Positions 52,501 to 64,000 of a stretch of 64,000 nucleotides of DNA are shown here, one piece after another (the stretch's first letter is position 1; every line of letters starts with the position of its first letter). A model generated the notes under the pieces. That model was not told where the DNA came from. It worked only from the letters and a program-made list of their open reading frames with translations, and did no database searches. Source of the stretch: Geosiphon pyriformis uo1 (taxonomy: Eukaryota > Fungi > Glomeromycota); NCBI GenBank assembly GCA_016748015.1, contig JAAOMT010000175.1, forward strand, positions 532,212 through 596,211, given 5' to 3'. A program made the position numbers and the translations under genes.

Positions 52501-54105
52501 TCAGACGCTTGGAATCTTGTCCAATTCTTTACAATGACCCATTGTTGTCCCAAAATATGGACCAACGTGTGATTTGTTTTCATTATCAATAGAATGATCA
52601 CCGATTCCAGAATTACACTCCTAATAAATTAAATTATTTCAATTTTCAATTTCAATTTAAAGTAACACATCACATCAAAGATCTTACGGTACCGGGTGTT
52701 CGCCACTAGTTAACCCTTTCCATGGTCTATAACCAGCACATTCCCAAAGTGCTAATCCATTAGTTGTTTCATCAACCGGTAGATCACAATTACAATCCGG
52801 CTCAGCTAGCCAATATTCTAATTCATGATGGCGATATTCCTCGGGAGAATTATATAATCTTGGAATGAAATCATTAGTATGTGTCACACGAAAGACGCTA
52901 ATTAGTTGATTGGTTAAAGCGGCAAATGAAGGAGGTCCAATCCTTGGTTGTCCAAATGTGGTAACATGAATTTTTAGTCCCTGTGGTGGCCATTGGTTGA
53001 CATTTCCACGAAGATCAATTTCAAGTGCTAAGGCTGTTAATACTGCGTATGCTATAAAATTTCAGAATTGCGCGATTCCGATTAAAAGTGGAATATTTTA
53101 ATAATATATAGTAAAGAAATATTTACCCCCACCGATACCATGGCCGGTAAAAAATATTTTAGGATTTTTCCATTCACCCAGTACACCTGTTTTATTTAAG
53201 AGGCCTTTCATCAATTCCAAAAACTCTGGAATAAAAATTCCAACGGTAATCTGCAATTCATCGTCAACAAACGTATCGGTCGGTTGAGGAAATGGACTAT
53301 GATATGGTGCAAGTCTTTGCTGTCGTCTTTTCCATCTTTTAAAAGACATTAGTTTATTCTTGAAAAATCCAACAATACTTTTAGTATCATGATCTATATA
53401 TATATTCACTAAATCTGAATAAGAGAAAAAAAAGAAAAAGAAATTTGAATTTGAATTTGAATTTTTTGGAAGTTTTTTTTTAGTGTAATTTTCAAATTTA
53501 AAAGATTTAACTATTAAAAATAAACTTAAAAAACCTCGCCGATCTTTAGGGTCCTCTCCGAATCCTTTTGGAGGTCTAGTTTTAAAAGGACAATAACCAA
53601 AATTAGCAAAAACTGCTAAATGGCTCAAAAACTTGATTGTCCTTTCATCGGTTATTCGATGTCGTTTATAATAGGAAGGAATTTTTTCACGTTTTTCGTT
53701 TTTATTTTTCGATTGAAGATTTGGTGGTGAGTAATAATGATTGAATTTATCAAGATTTTTAGGGAATGAAAACGAAGGTTCTTGATTAAACTTTTCAAGC
53801 TCCAATTTCACGGAACCATCCAAAAGTGATTCAAGTGGAATCAAATGATCAGGAATACGGTAAAGTGTCTTATTATTTAAATTTTTTTGATATTTGGAGG
53901 AGTAAGAGGAGGAGGAGGAGGAGGAGGAGGAGGAGGAGGAGGAGGAGGAGTAGTTGTAGTAGTAGTTGTAAGAGGAGGTTAATATGATTGAAGTGATTTT
54001 AGATAAATAAATGATTGAAAGGAACAGAAAAATGATAAAGAAATATTTCAAATTATTCAGTCGTTTGAATGAGTTTACAATAAACCATTTATTTATTTCG
54101 TACAT
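52501..54105 (-). CDS. Class-3 lipase-fold protein A with N-terminal TM segment; nucleophile Ser replaced by Gly
   Basis: FTGHGIGG|AYAVLTAL, VTTFGQPRIG, FRVTHTNDFIP, YRHHELEYW, HVGPYFG; poly-Ser stalk. Confidence 0.85.
53906..53950. repeat. (GGA)n coding microsatellite (poly-Ser in lipase A)
   Basis: Directly visible. Confidence 0.9.
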
Positions 54106-55072
54106 TTTTTTTTCTAGAAAAAGAGGAAAAATATTTCCTTAAAACATATTTTCTCATTTAATGGTTTTTTTATTTTTTTTTGGATTTAGTACCAAAATAT
54201 TTTTTTACTTAAAAAAAAGATCTTCTTCTCCTACTCGTCCATTTATGATCCTCCTCCATTTCCCGATATGTAAATTCTAGTAAAAATTTTTTTTTTTTTT
54301 TTTTCGCAAAAATGTTCGGAGACAATACAAATGTTAATTATTTTTATGACTAAATTAGGGGGAAAATCTATCAAATTATTAATATGTTTAAAAATATATA
54401 TATATAAATGTGTGTAAAAGTAATTTTCTAAAATTGGAATTGAGAAAAATAATTTGTCAATTTTTTGAGTGTAAATTTGTTTTTTGCTAAATATGCGTTA
54501 AAATTTTTACTTTTAATTATAATTAATTATAATGGTAATTTTTTGAATAAATAAATAAATAAATAAAATAATAAAAATTATATATAGAGAAAAATTAAAA
54601 TGAAAAATAAAAATTTTATACTACAAGTCAGAAACAGTATCCCAATTAATAAATTGTATGAATTTAATTACTTTTTCTAAAAATTCATCTCTTTTAGAAA
54701 TTATGTATGGTTAAAATTTTAGACGACGATAATAAACTTTATGAAACGTGATAAACTCAAGAGTATAAGAAAATTTTTTTTTAACCTTTAAATGATAAAA
54801 TCATCTTTTATTTGAAAATACGAATATTTCATTATTTAAATTAATGTCTTATCAAGTAGTCAATAATCATTTAATGACTGTAAAACATATTCATTAATAT
54901 TTTATTTCTTTAAAAAGGTAAAATACCAGAAAAAAATGATAATTAAATTATTTGCAAAAAAAAATCCAAAAAAGTATTTTTAACATTTTTCTTTTTGAAA
55001 TTTCGCAATACGCTAATCATTTTTAATATATAATGATTAAATGGGTCGTCATTATTTCAAGCTAATCCGTAT

Positions 55073-56919
55073 TTATATTGGACACACACCCATTACGTAT
55101 CCAAAATATGGACCTTTATGAGTCTCGATCGGATCTATTGATCGTTTCAAACCGTAGTGGTTTATGCAATGCTGATATACAAAAAAAGTTGAAGATTAAA
55201 GTTTGGTTATTAATAATATTTTTTTGGTGGGATTTTAACTCTTAATTTCTGCAACTCAAGTAGAAAATTATTAAAAATTTACCGGATTCTCAAGCTCATA
55301 TCCGTGAGGTAATACATCGGTTCTTTTTCCAAAGCATTCGTACACAATCCATGAATTTGAATTTTTTTCCACACACTCACAATCCTTTTCATTTGATATC
55401 CAAATTTCTCTTTGTGAATGCAAGTAACCAACATCTGTATGCGGGTATCGCGGGATATCGTCATCCTGATATGTGACACGATAAACTAAAGGAAAATTCG
55501 GAGTCCAGATTCGATTAATGTATTCCACTTGTGGTGCTGCCGCAAACCGGGGTTGACCGAACGTTACGATTTGAACATTTGAAGATGGATTTAAGCGTTT
55601 CCACATTAGCCCTGTTAGAACTGCGTACACTGTAGGGTATCAAAAAGAGGGGAAAAATCTGAATACGAAAAAATTTATCAAAAAAACCACAATCAGAAAC
55701 TTTTTTTCAATCACAGCAACATACCACCACCAGAGCCCCATCCAGTAATTCTTAATTTGTATTGTGTAACCCACATGTTATCCACAAGGTCCTCAATCAC
55801 TTTGATTAAATTTTTTTTAGCCTTTCTGAAATTTATTTGAAATACTTCATCAATGCCATCTGAATCTGGGCCGTAATATTTTTTATTTCCGATTTCCTCG
55901 TCGGTGTTGTTGATGATATTATTCTTACGATTTTCCCATTGTTTAATTGATAATTCTGTCCCACGAACGTATATTATTATTTCTTTAGGGTTTGAGTTCG
56001 GTTTCGTTATGCCCTCCGCTGCAGGATGAATGAATGGATGAATGGATGGATGGATGAATGGATGGATGGATGAATGGATGAATGGATGAATGGATGAATG
56101 GATGAATGGATGAATGGATGAATGGATGAATGGAAATGAAGAAAATAAGAGGGAGGCAATAAAGTTCAATCCTTCGTGTTGATATTTATTGATTAATTTT
56201 GAAAATTAAAAATTATACTGAAAAGCGAGAACAAATATGAAATAGGTAACCGGTAGTATACAAGTTTTTCTAACCTAATAAACAGCACTAAAATTATCGT
56301 TGACTGACTTATCTCTTTCTAAAAAAACAAAACACTCACCATAAATTCCTTCCCACATTCTACCACCCATCCCTCCACCGCTAAGCCAATTCATACAAGA
56401 ACTTTTTTGAGCATACTGGGCCATCTCTTTAATAAAATCCAAAAATTTCGGATCGTTTATCCTGTTTTTTTCAAAATTATTGTCATTAGTACTATAATGT
56501 CCATGATCAAATACGTTACTACTGATTACAATTTGTTTTTGACTTTTCAAATTTATTTCATTTGAAGAGATTTGTGGGATATTTGAACGAGGTTTATGAG
56601 TAAAGATCGAATTGAAATGATTTGATTGGTGGGTTGTGTTTAAAGTGAATGGTGGTGGTGGAAAGTTAATTGGTGAAGTGATTGATTTCAAACCAAAAGT
56701 GAGTTCGGAATCTTGATTTGATTTATCATTAATATCATTATTATTTAGTTGAAAATTTTCGTTATAATTGTAATTTTTTACAAAAGGTTTCGGTTTAGCC
56801 TCAACGAGAAATAATAAATAGTAAAAAATAAATAAAATTCCTAGAAATATCTTCATTTCTCTTCTATTATCAAATTTCCAAAAATTTTGTGAAAATATTT
56901 TTATTTCTTTTTGAATCAT
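55073..56919 (-). CDS. Class-3 lipase-fold protein B, signal peptide/anchor (alternative start 56856); elbow GWGSGG
   Basis: IIIYVRGT, ITGWGSGG|VYAVLTGL, VTFGQPRF, YRVTYQDDDIP, YLHSQREIW, HKGPYFG. Confidence 0.85.
56024..56133. repeat. (TGGA/TGAA)n compound microsatellite in lipase B intron
   Basis: Directly visible; abuts the minus-strand 3' splice site at ~56020. Confidence 0.9.
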
Positions 56920-57710
56920 TTACGTCAACGAATTTTTCAAAAAAGATTGGTAAGAATCGAAATCAGATGTCAATCAAAAAGTGTATTAAATATGTGTGTG
57001 TGTACATTTACTTGTTTATATTTTTTTTTCATTCCTTTATAATAATATGGAAATCAGAGGTCATCTAACGATCACTAGAGCTTTTTAATAATTTTTGAGA
57101 TGAAATTTTTTTCAAAATATTTAGCATTTAATCCAAATGTTACTTATTTCTTCTTATTTTAGATGGGTATCAATATTGGGGGAACCCTTTTTTTTTTGTT
57201 AAATATCTTTAAAGTTTGAAACATTTTCAAAGTAGAGTAGCAGTAACATGATTTGAGAATAATTAAAAAAATTTAAATTCGTGAATATTAAAATTCAGTT
57301 ACGATAGGAGCCGAGATAACTCGTTTTAATATTTTTTTGAAAGATTTTTCAAAAAATAAATAAATCACATGTTATATATATATAGAAAAGATCCTGCTTT
57401 AAATAGAAATTTTCAATTTGTAATTCTTTTAAATAATAGAACATAATACATTAAAATTATCACTAATCAAACTCTTTAATTTTAGATCAGATCTCAAGAT
57501 AACTAGACTTTTAAGCCTTTATTTGGGAATTAATTTCTTTTTTTCAAAGCGAAAAAATTATTGTTATTCTAAAAAGAAGAAGCTTTATCTTTAATAATTG
57601 TTAACTTTATTCAGGATAGTCCCAATCTATTTTCTAATTATTCAACTATATATTTTTATTGGTACTCATTATTAGGAAGTTCTTTTAGTTATTATTTTAC
57701 CACCATCATT

Positions 57711-57765
57711 ACCAACACCAACACCAACACCAACACCAACACCAACACCAACACCAACACCAACC
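57711..57765. repeat. (ACCAAC)n hexamer repeat
   Basis: Directly visible. Confidence 0.9.
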
Positions 57766-58267
57766 ACCACCACCACTACCACATTCATCCAAATAATAAA
57801 CTTGTCAATGAATTAACTTTGAAATGGCTAAGCTTTGTAACATCTTCAAATATGGATGGTTTACGAACATTTCCTTTCTCGGCTAAAGACTATTTTATCC
57901 GTAGTACTGATTGTCTCAACAAACGGAAGATGTTTGTCATATTTGAACGAATTTATTCAGGGCGAATGCTACCAGAAATTCCAAAAACTACTCATCATAC
58001 TGTTTGTAATACTGATCGAAGATTCGAAATTGAGGGGCATCAGTTTTGATAGATTAAATTGAGAATAGGCTAATAGTAACTGATAACAATGATGAATAAT
58101 GATGGCTAAAAAAAAAATAACTGCCACGCTAATTTAAAAAAAAAGTTTCAGTTGAAAAAAGTTTTTTAAAACCCAATTTTATTCTTACATTCCCAAAGAT
58201 TGAAACATCCTATTTTTTTTATATTTTTTTTTTTTTTTGATAATAAAAAAATTTAAAAGTTAACAAT

Positions 58268-59554
58268 ATGTTTTGTAAATTTTGGGTCTGCTTCGTTTTC
58301 ATATGTTTACCTTGTACTATCACCTGCCTGACCATTAACGTAAAACGTGATTTAAACCCAAAAACAAAATATAATAAATTGATTGTATTTGGAGACATTT
58401 ATTCCGGTAGATTTGAAATGGAAAGAATGAAAAATCTTTTATCGTCTTATATTATTTCTCAAAAATTAATCTTTATTAGATAATGGAAATACATTTAAAT
58501 TATCTGGTGGAAAATACCCGAATCCACCCTCACGTTACTATAAAGGCCGATACACTAATGGTCTTTTATGGCCAGACTACATACAGAAAATTTTGGATAT
58601 TGAGTTATTAAATTTCTCATATGGTGGTGCCACGGCAGAGTATGTATCTTTTCAATATTTAAAGTTTTCAATTGGATTTTTGAATTCAGTGAAAATTAAA
58701 AAAATTTTCAAATATTTTTATTCAAAGCAATGATTATTTTCAAGGTAAATTGATTGATTGATTTTTTTTTTTAAAAAAAAAAACTTTTGGTCTTTGAAAA
58801 ATTTTATTTATTGCCATTTTCTATTTTAAAAAATTTCATCTAAAGGAAAAGCAGGACATTATTTAATACCCGACTTTCCGGTTCCTGGATTCATACAACA
58901 AGTAAAAACTTTTAATGAAACTTATTCAGAAATTACTGATTTCAGCAAATCTTTAGCAGTGGTAAGTGAAAAATATTTAGTTTTCATATCATTTGAACGA
59001 ATCAAAAAATTTTTTTTGTTCAGAAATTTTTTATAATCTTTTTAAATAAATTGAAATTCCGAATATTTAACTAGACTTTTTTAACGGGAGCTGATTACGC
59101 CTACAATTTCAACAACCCTGATCCTAAATCTATCATCTCGGTCTTCCCGGAAGCTTGGAAAATTCTCTATAATAGAGGGATCACTTCTTTTCTCGTACCT
59201 TTACTACCCCGAATCTGGGAAGCACCATTCTTTGGTTCTTTAGACCCTATCGCTCGAGGAAATTTGATCGAGAAAGCTAATACACATAACCAACTTCTTC
59301 AGGATGCTATTGAAAATTTCAAAAAGAGCAATCAAGATGTTGACATGAAGCTTTTTGATACGCCAAATTTTCTCGATAAAAATAATTTTCCTGCAATTTT
59401 AAATTTCACCAATCCTTGTATAAATTATGAAATTGTACCACCAGTTGTATGTCAGGAGCCTACAGATTATTTCTATTATGATTTATACTGTTTATCTAAC
59501 AAAGTTCACTCAGATTTGGGCTGGGAAATTGCAGGTAGAATTGGGGAGTTATAA
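58268..59554 (+). CDS. Secreted GDSL/SGNH-fold protein 2 (Ser, Asn and His catalytic residues absent), 5 exons
   Basis: Signal-like N-terminus; VFGDIYS|DNGN; GRYTNGLLW; FSYGGAT; 17-nt micro-exon 58728-58744; TGADY; YYDLYC. Same intron positions as GDSL 1. Confidence 0.85.
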
Positions 59555-59557
59555 TTA

Positions 59558-59563
59558 TAGTAA

Positions 59564-59596
<33 letters not shown>

Positions 59597-59707
59597 CAGT
59601 TATAGTAGTTATATTAGTTATAGTAGTTATAGTAGTTATAGTAGTTAGAGTAGTTATAGTAGTTAGAGTAGTTGTAGTAGTAGTTATAGTAGTAGTAGTA
59701 GTAGTAG
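59558..59707. repeat. (AGT)n-based compound microsatellite just after the GDSL 2 stop
   Basis: Directly visible. Confidence 0.9.
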
Positions 59708-60070
59708 AATCTTGTAAAGAAAATCTTTTTTTAAAAAGATTTTCTTGAACTGTTTATTTTTATTTTTTTTAGATTTGATTTGTATTTTAAATTTTTGTTT
59801 TTTAGAAGCTGTTTACTTGAAAACTCTATCATTTCATGAACATCATTATTTTTTAAGAAAGAAAACAAAATAAATTATATATTAAAAACAATCCAAATAT
59901 TTTGATGTAAAGCGTATTGGGATGTAGTGGTAGTTATAGTTACGAAAGCAATCAAATATTTTTTACCGATGCAACATGCTCTTCTCTCTTTTTAGTTACA
60001 TTAATTATCTTTATGAAACGATTACAAAATCAAAAACAAAAATTTATAACAAACATTCCATCGAATTTTA

Positions 60071-60110
60071 TCCTAATATATCCTAATATATCCTAATATA
60101 TCCTAATATA
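60071..60110. repeat. (TCCTAATATA)4 tandem repeat
   Basis: Directly visible. Confidence 0.9.
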
Positions 60111-60456
60111 TATATAAATTTAGTTTATTTTAGCTTTAATAGTAAATTTAAGAATGGATATTTTTGCAAAAAAATATCCATTTTTATTATATTTCTTGAA
60201 ATCGTATAAATGAGTAATAAATTTCAGTTATTCATTTATTCATTTGGTTGTTTATTTATTTATATATAATGAGTAAGTGAAAAAAAAATTTCAAAAATTT
60301 CAAACTAAATATAAATTTAAAGGTTTGACAAAAAAATCATTTTTCAAATTATTATATATATATTTTCTAAATTGAAGGAGTTTCTTTTTTTTTGAAAGTT
60401 AATTTTTTTTTTCTTGTTCGATTTTGCAAAAATTTTTTCTAGATATATATTAAAAT

Positions 60457-62107
60457 TTATTGATTCGAACTTTTTAACATAAAATTTCGATTGGGAGGAT
60501 CAGAATGTTGACAAACTCCCATTTTGTATTGAAAATATGGACCATCGTGAGAAAAAATCCCGGATAAGTATCTTGTTTCATGAAATTGAGCATTGCAATC
60601 CTATTTTGGAATTTAAGGATGTAGATTTTAAAAAGAAAATAAAAAGTATAATTTTAAACCGAAATTTTAATAATTCTTTACCGGATGTTCATCACCAGTC
60701 TCCACATTACATTCCCATACAATTTCAGGGGGCTTACTACAATCACATGGGCTCTCTGGAATCCAGTACTCTGTTCCTGAATGGGCAAAACGTACACCTG
60801 ACACCTGATTTGGATACGATGGGATAACATCATCACTATTCGTGACTCGGTTGACCGTGAATTTTTGATTAATATACCGAGCCAATTTAATATCTCCCAA
60901 TCTTGGGGAGCCAAATGTTGTTACAATGACTCGTCGTGTTGAGAATATCTTTTGAAAAGATAATGCCGCTAAAAGTGCCCAAACTGAATCAATTAGATTC
61001 AGTCAGTAAAATACGTACGGTGAGGAAAAGAGATTAGACTAAAGGTAGAAATTTTAATACTGGGTTTATTCTAAAAAAAACTTGTGGGAAATACAAGATC
61101 TTAATATCAATAAAACTCACCACCACCTTCACCATGTCCAGTAAAGTGGAAAGGATAGGCTCGATAAGTTGAATTTCTTATGAACCGGTCAAAAACTTTA
61201 ATCAATTGATCCTCTGCACTTGTATACTCTTGTCCTGTTGTAATCAAATTTTTCCAAACATCAAAACCATTCGGGTCATTTTTCTCAAAATTGTTCGTTG
61301 TAAATTTGGTATAAAACCCTTTTTCGATTAATGGAGGTACATTCATTTCCGGTACTGGATATTGTTGGAATGTATTTTTCTGTTTAAGCAAATTGAGCTG
61401 GGTTAAGTCTTGACCTTTAAAAAAAAAGATAATTTTTCCTTCGATTTCCGTTGAAGGTGATTGTACGCGTGAATCAGCTAATTCAAGAATTTAGGAGCAA
61501 AAAGTTTTTCAATGCTTGAAATCTTTATTTTCTCAATATTTTTTTAAAATACAAGATGTGATTAAGTTCAAATTTTCTTACCATAAATTCCATCTCCAAT
61601 TTTTCCATTCTCATTATTTAGACAGTATGCTTCTTGTGAATAATAAGCCATTTCTAATAGTAATCTTAGTATTCTTGACGAGCTAATAGGTTTTTTCGTC
61701 ATACCAGATGTATTATCTAATTGGTTTCTTTTTACTATTCGCGTCGTCCTTTTAAAATTTAAAGAAGGATCTTTTAATTTATTTTTCCTTCGCATTTCTC
61801 GATAGAAACTATTTTTGAAATTTGATAAATGTGTTTTTGTATCATTTTTAGCGAAAGAGTAATTTTTAGGAAAATTACGTCCAATTCTAAAATTTTCATC
61901 AAGATTTGATGATGATGATGATGATGATGTTGTTGTTGTTATTGTTGTTGATTTTGATGTTGATATTGATGTAGAAAGTATCTTTGGAAATGTGTCCATT
62001 GACCATTTCTCGGCAGTGTATATAAAAATCTTGAAGAGTGTATAAAAAGATAAAACAAATATTATCCAAAAAACCTTTGAAGAGAGGAAATTTAGTTTTT
62101 GTTGCAT
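60457..62107 (-). CDS. Class-3 lipase-fold protein C with N-terminal TM segment; nucleophile Ser replaced by Gly
   Basis: MAYYSQEAYC, FTGHGEGG|VWALLAAL, VTTFGSPRLG, NRVTNSDDVIP, FAHSGTEYW, HDGPYF; Ser/Thr-rich stalk. Confidence 0.85.
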
Positions 62108-62623
62108 TGGTTCAAAAATTTATTAAAATTTATTTCATTGCTTTTAAGGAATTAAATCAAGGTTGAAAAATTTTCTAATAAAACCACAGGCACAACCATA
62201 GAGTTAATAAAGTTTTTCGATAAGCAAATTGTTTTTATGAAGTCATTGTAACAAAAAATCAATATTAGCAATCATAAAATCAAAACAAATTTATTTTCTT
62301 TAGAATATGGGTTTTTTTTTTACTTTTGAGGAAATGAAAATGAATCATCTAGATTGTGAAGGAAGGTTACCCGGCAATTAAGTTTTGAAAGGAATTTTAG
62401 TTGAATAGGAATAATTTTTAACATATAATTCATTTTTGAATAAAAAATAAATCCGTTTTTCCTACTCAAAAACTTTCCCAGATTGCTGATTTTCATGATA
62501 AATATTTTCAATTTGTTTCTTAAACTTTTATCATCGGGGTTTTAACCCCCGAAAATAACTAAAATAACTCCATTTTGTTGACCGAGATCTCGCGAAATGT
62601 TATTAATTTCATTGTCATCATTG

Positions 62624-62625
<2 letters not shown>

Positions 62626-62663
<38 letters not shown>
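62626..62663. repeat. (CAT)n microsatellite
   Basis: Directly visible. Confidence 0.9.
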
Positions 62664-63401
62664 TTACCGATGATCAATAGTATGATAAAATTGAAACTGT
62701 TTGTGAGGAGCCTCCTACATCTTTTGAATACGGTAATTTCTTTACTAGATTATTTTATTTTCTTCGATTTAGATATAAGGGAGCAAGGAATAGACTAATC
62801 GAGTTGAGTTCGAGTTAAAAACTTGATGATTTTTAACAAATAAAAATCAAGAATAAAGTTGACATAATAAATTTTATCATTTTTATAAAATAAATTCAGG
62901 GTTAGAAATATTTCATACAAAAAGATAATCAATTGATTTGAAGTAGAATCAATTAAAATATAAACCTATTGTTATTCAATATTTTTAATTTAGACTATCG
63001 AATGACAAAATTTAATTGATGTAAAATTCAAAATCTTTTTTTATCATAAAGTTTATTTTCATTTATAATAGATTCAGTAAGTTTTTACAAGTTTTATTTC
63101 GATCTCAAAATTCGAAATATTTCCTTTCAAGATTCATTTGAATAATTCATTTCTTGAATATTTGACCTGATGAGTTATTAAGTATACATAAATCAGTTAA
63201 AACATTTTTAATCAAATAAATAAATAAGTTAACAAAGAACCTTTTTCAGGTTTTAAACATTAATGGATTTTTTTGGAATACAAAAATTTTCAACATAATC
63301 TCTTTTCCAATGATTTTTTTTTCATTTAATTCATTGTAACAAATGAATGTTTTTGGCTTTTTCTTCTCAATAAATTTTAAAATGAAGTCCAGTTATAGTA
63401 T

Positions 63402-63612
63402 TCAATTAAGTTCAGGGGAAATAGGCCATGTTTTACTTGATGATCCTTCATAGGGACATCTGCCCATGATGTAACCAAAATAGGGACCATAATGTGAAAA
63501 CCTTCCTTGTAAGTTTCTCGTCTCATGAAACTGTGCATTGCATTCCTATTATAATTAATATTTCAAGAAAAAAATCAAAAAAATTTTTGAGCTCAATAGT
63601 TTAAACTCTTTT

Positions 63613-63653
<41 letters not shown>

Positions 63654-63988
63654 AACTAATATTATTTTCTTGTGTTCAATTCTACTCACTGGATTTTCTT
63701 GGCCAGACTCGGAATAACATTCAAATGCCACTACCCGAAATTTACATTCACACTCATCTAAGGGAATCCAATATTCTTCACGATGATGTCGATATTTCTC
63801 TCCACGATACTCTTTCGGGAATGAAGGAATAGTATCGTCAGCATGGGTAACTCTGTATGAAATCAACCATTCATCAACAAATCGAGCAAACTGGTAATTG
63901 CCAATACGTGGCTGACCAAAAGTTATCACTTCCACATTTATATGAGGGTATTTCCTTTTGAAAGAAATAGCAGTGAGGAGGGCCCAAA
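63402..63988 (-). CDS. Class-3 lipase-fold protein D, 3' part (5' end outside the window)
   Basis: WALLTAISF, VITFGQPRIG, YRVTHADDTIP, YRHHREEYW, CNAQFHETR..HYGPYFG; (CAT)n in last intron. Confidence 0.85.
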
Positions 63989-64000
63989 CTTTTTAAAATA

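Noticed and set aside
55711-56169. ORF with IHPF/IHSS repeats; likewise the poly-Met end of ORF 63555-63935 and poly-Ser ORF 59427-59648
   Set aside because: Read-through into intronic or 3' microsatellites.
57819-58062. Two short overlapping ORFs upstream of GDSL 2
   Set aside because: No recognisable domain or splice structure.
57711-60110. (ACCAAC)n and (TCCTAATATA)4 as possible telomeric or CRISPR-like repeats
   Set aside because: Not TTAGGG-type and no spacers; simple tandem repeats in a eukaryotic context.

Overview
Eukaryotic, intron-rich, very AT-rich fungal DNA. The gene and repeat families (SEL1/TKL-type kinases, RNase H-bearing LINEs, dUTPase-bearing Ty3/Gypsy elements, multiple class-3 lipase genes) suggest Glomeromycota, possibly Geosiphon or another Archaeosporales; this is inference from recalled family resemblance, not a search result. 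Layout: (1) 1-3.65 kb: decayed LINE 3' end plus an ORF1-only LINE derivative. (2) 4.7-11.6 kb: housekeeping genes ACBP, UBE2S, ALDH and RPL11. (3) 11.8-33 kb: a nested transposon block. An old dUTPase-Gypsy contains a second, RT-less Gypsy of the same family (LTRs, PBS, PPT, 4-bp TSD CTGT), whose 5' LTR contains a full-length ~6.9-kb LINE (11-bp TSD); a second ORF1-only element abuts the left end. All are eroded by C>T/G>A changes. (4) 35-49 kb: SEL1-kinase pseudogene, Tc1 remnant, 2OG-Fe(II) oxygenase, MCH1-like MFS transporter, promethin/LDAF1-like gene and a TKL-like kinase. (5) 50.4-64 kb: a cluster of two GDSL/SGNH and four class-3 lipase-fold genes. The most striking result is that the five lipase-cluster genes whose active sites lie in the window all read as spliceable open frames with an N-terminal signal or anchor, yet lack catalytic residues: the nucleophile Ser is Gly in three class-3 proteins; the His and oxyanion Asn are lost in both GDSL proteins, and the Ser as well in one. 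This points to a candidate cluster of secreted or surface pseudo-lipases from two unrelated folds. Exon boundaries and decayed-TE translations were made by eye; TE domain coordinates are approximate.
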